Made by a program: the position numbers and the translations under genes. A stretch of 64,000 nt of DNA from Marsupella aquatica. Its lineage: Eukaryota > Plantae > Marchantiophyta. A model generated the notes under the pieces. That model ran no database searches. It was given only the letters and a program-made list of their open reading frames with translations, and had not been told where the DNA came from. Shown here piece after piece: positions 62,546-64,000 of this stretch (its first letter is position 1; every line of letters begins with the position of its first letter). The stretch covers positions 16,544,357 to 16,608,356 of the forward strand of contig OZ316892.1 of NCBI GenBank assembly GCA_973895155.1, read 5' to 3'.

Positions 62546-63958
62546 TCACCGGGGTACTCCTATACTAGTGCTCCCGTGCTTCCTCAAATTGGCCAAGGCT
62601 TGCCATGCCTTAATGTACCCCTCACCAATGGTGTCCTTCCATAAGGCCGCCTCTTCACTGGACCGCAACTCCAACGGTAAAACCTGCCCGGTGGCCATGG
62701 GAGTCCCAGGGGTGACAGATCGGGGTGGCATCCCCGGGGTCCCCATGTTGACCTGAGCTTCTCGTAACGATTTACGTACCTCCCTGAGCTTCTTCTCTAA
62801 GCTCTTGCTCTTCTCTTGACTCTTCTTGGCTGCATCCAATAGGGGTCCATACTTCCCACTGACTTCCTTCACCACCATCTCAATGGCCCTGGAGACCAAA
62901 TCCGGGGGGAGTGTGGAGCTAGGTGTGGAGGGGCTCTTCCGTTTCCCCAAACTCAAGGCCTCACTCCTCTTAGCCCTTGTCTCAAAGATCACCATCTGAC
63001 TCCGTAGTGTTCCCACCTGGGCTCTTAACTCCACCACCTCCCCAGAATTATGCTTCTCTTTGGCCAATGCCTGTTTCAATACTCCAACCTCTTATGCTTC
63101 CTTGGCCTTGGTGGACAAGGCCCACTTCAAGTTGGAGATCTCTACGTGAGCTGCTTGGAGAAGCTTAACCTTCTCATGAATGGCCTCCTCCTTGGCCTTG
63201 ATCACCTCCTTCATAGACAGGGCACTCTGCTCCAAAGTCTCTACTCTGGTGGTGGCCTGCTTGAGAGAATCTCTCAATGCGTGGACTAGCTTGAGTCCCT
63301 CATGGACTCCCTCCTGGAAATCCCGTAACTCCGCCAGGTAGACATCAGGAATGTCGTAGACCAGGGGCTCCTCCGGATTTCCCACAAGTGATTCAAGCCA
63401 CTCCATTGTGGAGTCCTCATCCTGGTTTTCTTCCTCTCTATTATCATCCCCAACCGCCGACGATGATCCCTCCGTTAGTTTCCCCAAGATGGTAGTGGCA
63501 ATACTCCTGATTTCCGTGGTAAGGGATGATCCAATATCTTCCTGTCCTGGGGAAACAATCCACCCTTCTGCTCTGGCTAGCAAAAATGACCCCATCAAAT
63601 GTACAGCCCCACCTGGTTTCACACTCCCGGAATTGGCGTCCAATAGCTTCTTCAACCTGTAGTACCACCATCCGTACACATGGGCTGGATAGTTCTTGAT
63701 GTCCATAGCTACCACGAAATGCTCTCCATTCACCATCCCGGATTGCACGTTACCAAGGACCCGTTGATGAACCTTGGCCAGAAATCCCTTGTGCTCAGCA
63801 TCCTTGACGGCGGAAAGAGGAATGGAAGTAGTGGAGGTGGGATTAATCACCCAACCGACCACCATTGTCAACGTGAGCTCTCCCCTTATGTTCCGAGGTG
63901 TGAATGAGAATTGTTGGTTCTCCAGGAACAAAAGCTTAGCTAACTCCACATGGGGCAC
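62546..63958 (-). pseudogene. Long coiled-coil ORF broken by one in-frame stop, probably a retrotransposon accessory ORF
   Basis: ORFs 63958-63092 and 63079-62546 are in the same frame, separated by a single TAA at 63094-63092. Intronless, with heptad-like E/K/L-rich segments, and adjacent to the LTR-like repeat. Family not recognised. Confidence 0.55.
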
Positions 63959-64000
63959 TACCCGTTGGAGACATTCAAAGTAGATTCCTTCCGTACGTAA

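Overview
Eukaryotic nuclear DNA from a land plant. Compact multi-intron genes and the retroelement types suggest a non-seed plant such as a bryophyte, but this is inference. Left to right: (1) an LTR-like end at the window edge; (2) a full-length but decayed Ty1/copia element of Bianca type (947-7299; 152-bp LTRs, GAGTG TSD) and a 5'-truncated LINE with an 18-bp TSD; (3) housekeeping genes RPL36a/eL42 (+), NAD-IDH catalytic subunit (+), exosome RRP40 (-) and PP2A scaffold A subunit (+); (4) a small acidic orphan gene (-); (5) two tandem UBLCP1 phosphatase genes (-), the second with an intact frame but strongly diverged; (6) a Harbinger Myb-like relic; (7) a group III WRKY gene (-) with a dense W-box/TGACG promoter array; (8) a retroelement-like region with a ~970-bp tandem duplication and a coiled-coil ORF. 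The most unusual observation is unannotated ubiquitin-like coding sequence directly behind the stop codon of both UBLCP1 copies: open in a +1 frame in copy 1, broken and possibly double in copy 2. All exon models were derived by hand from splice signals and translation; no database searches were run.
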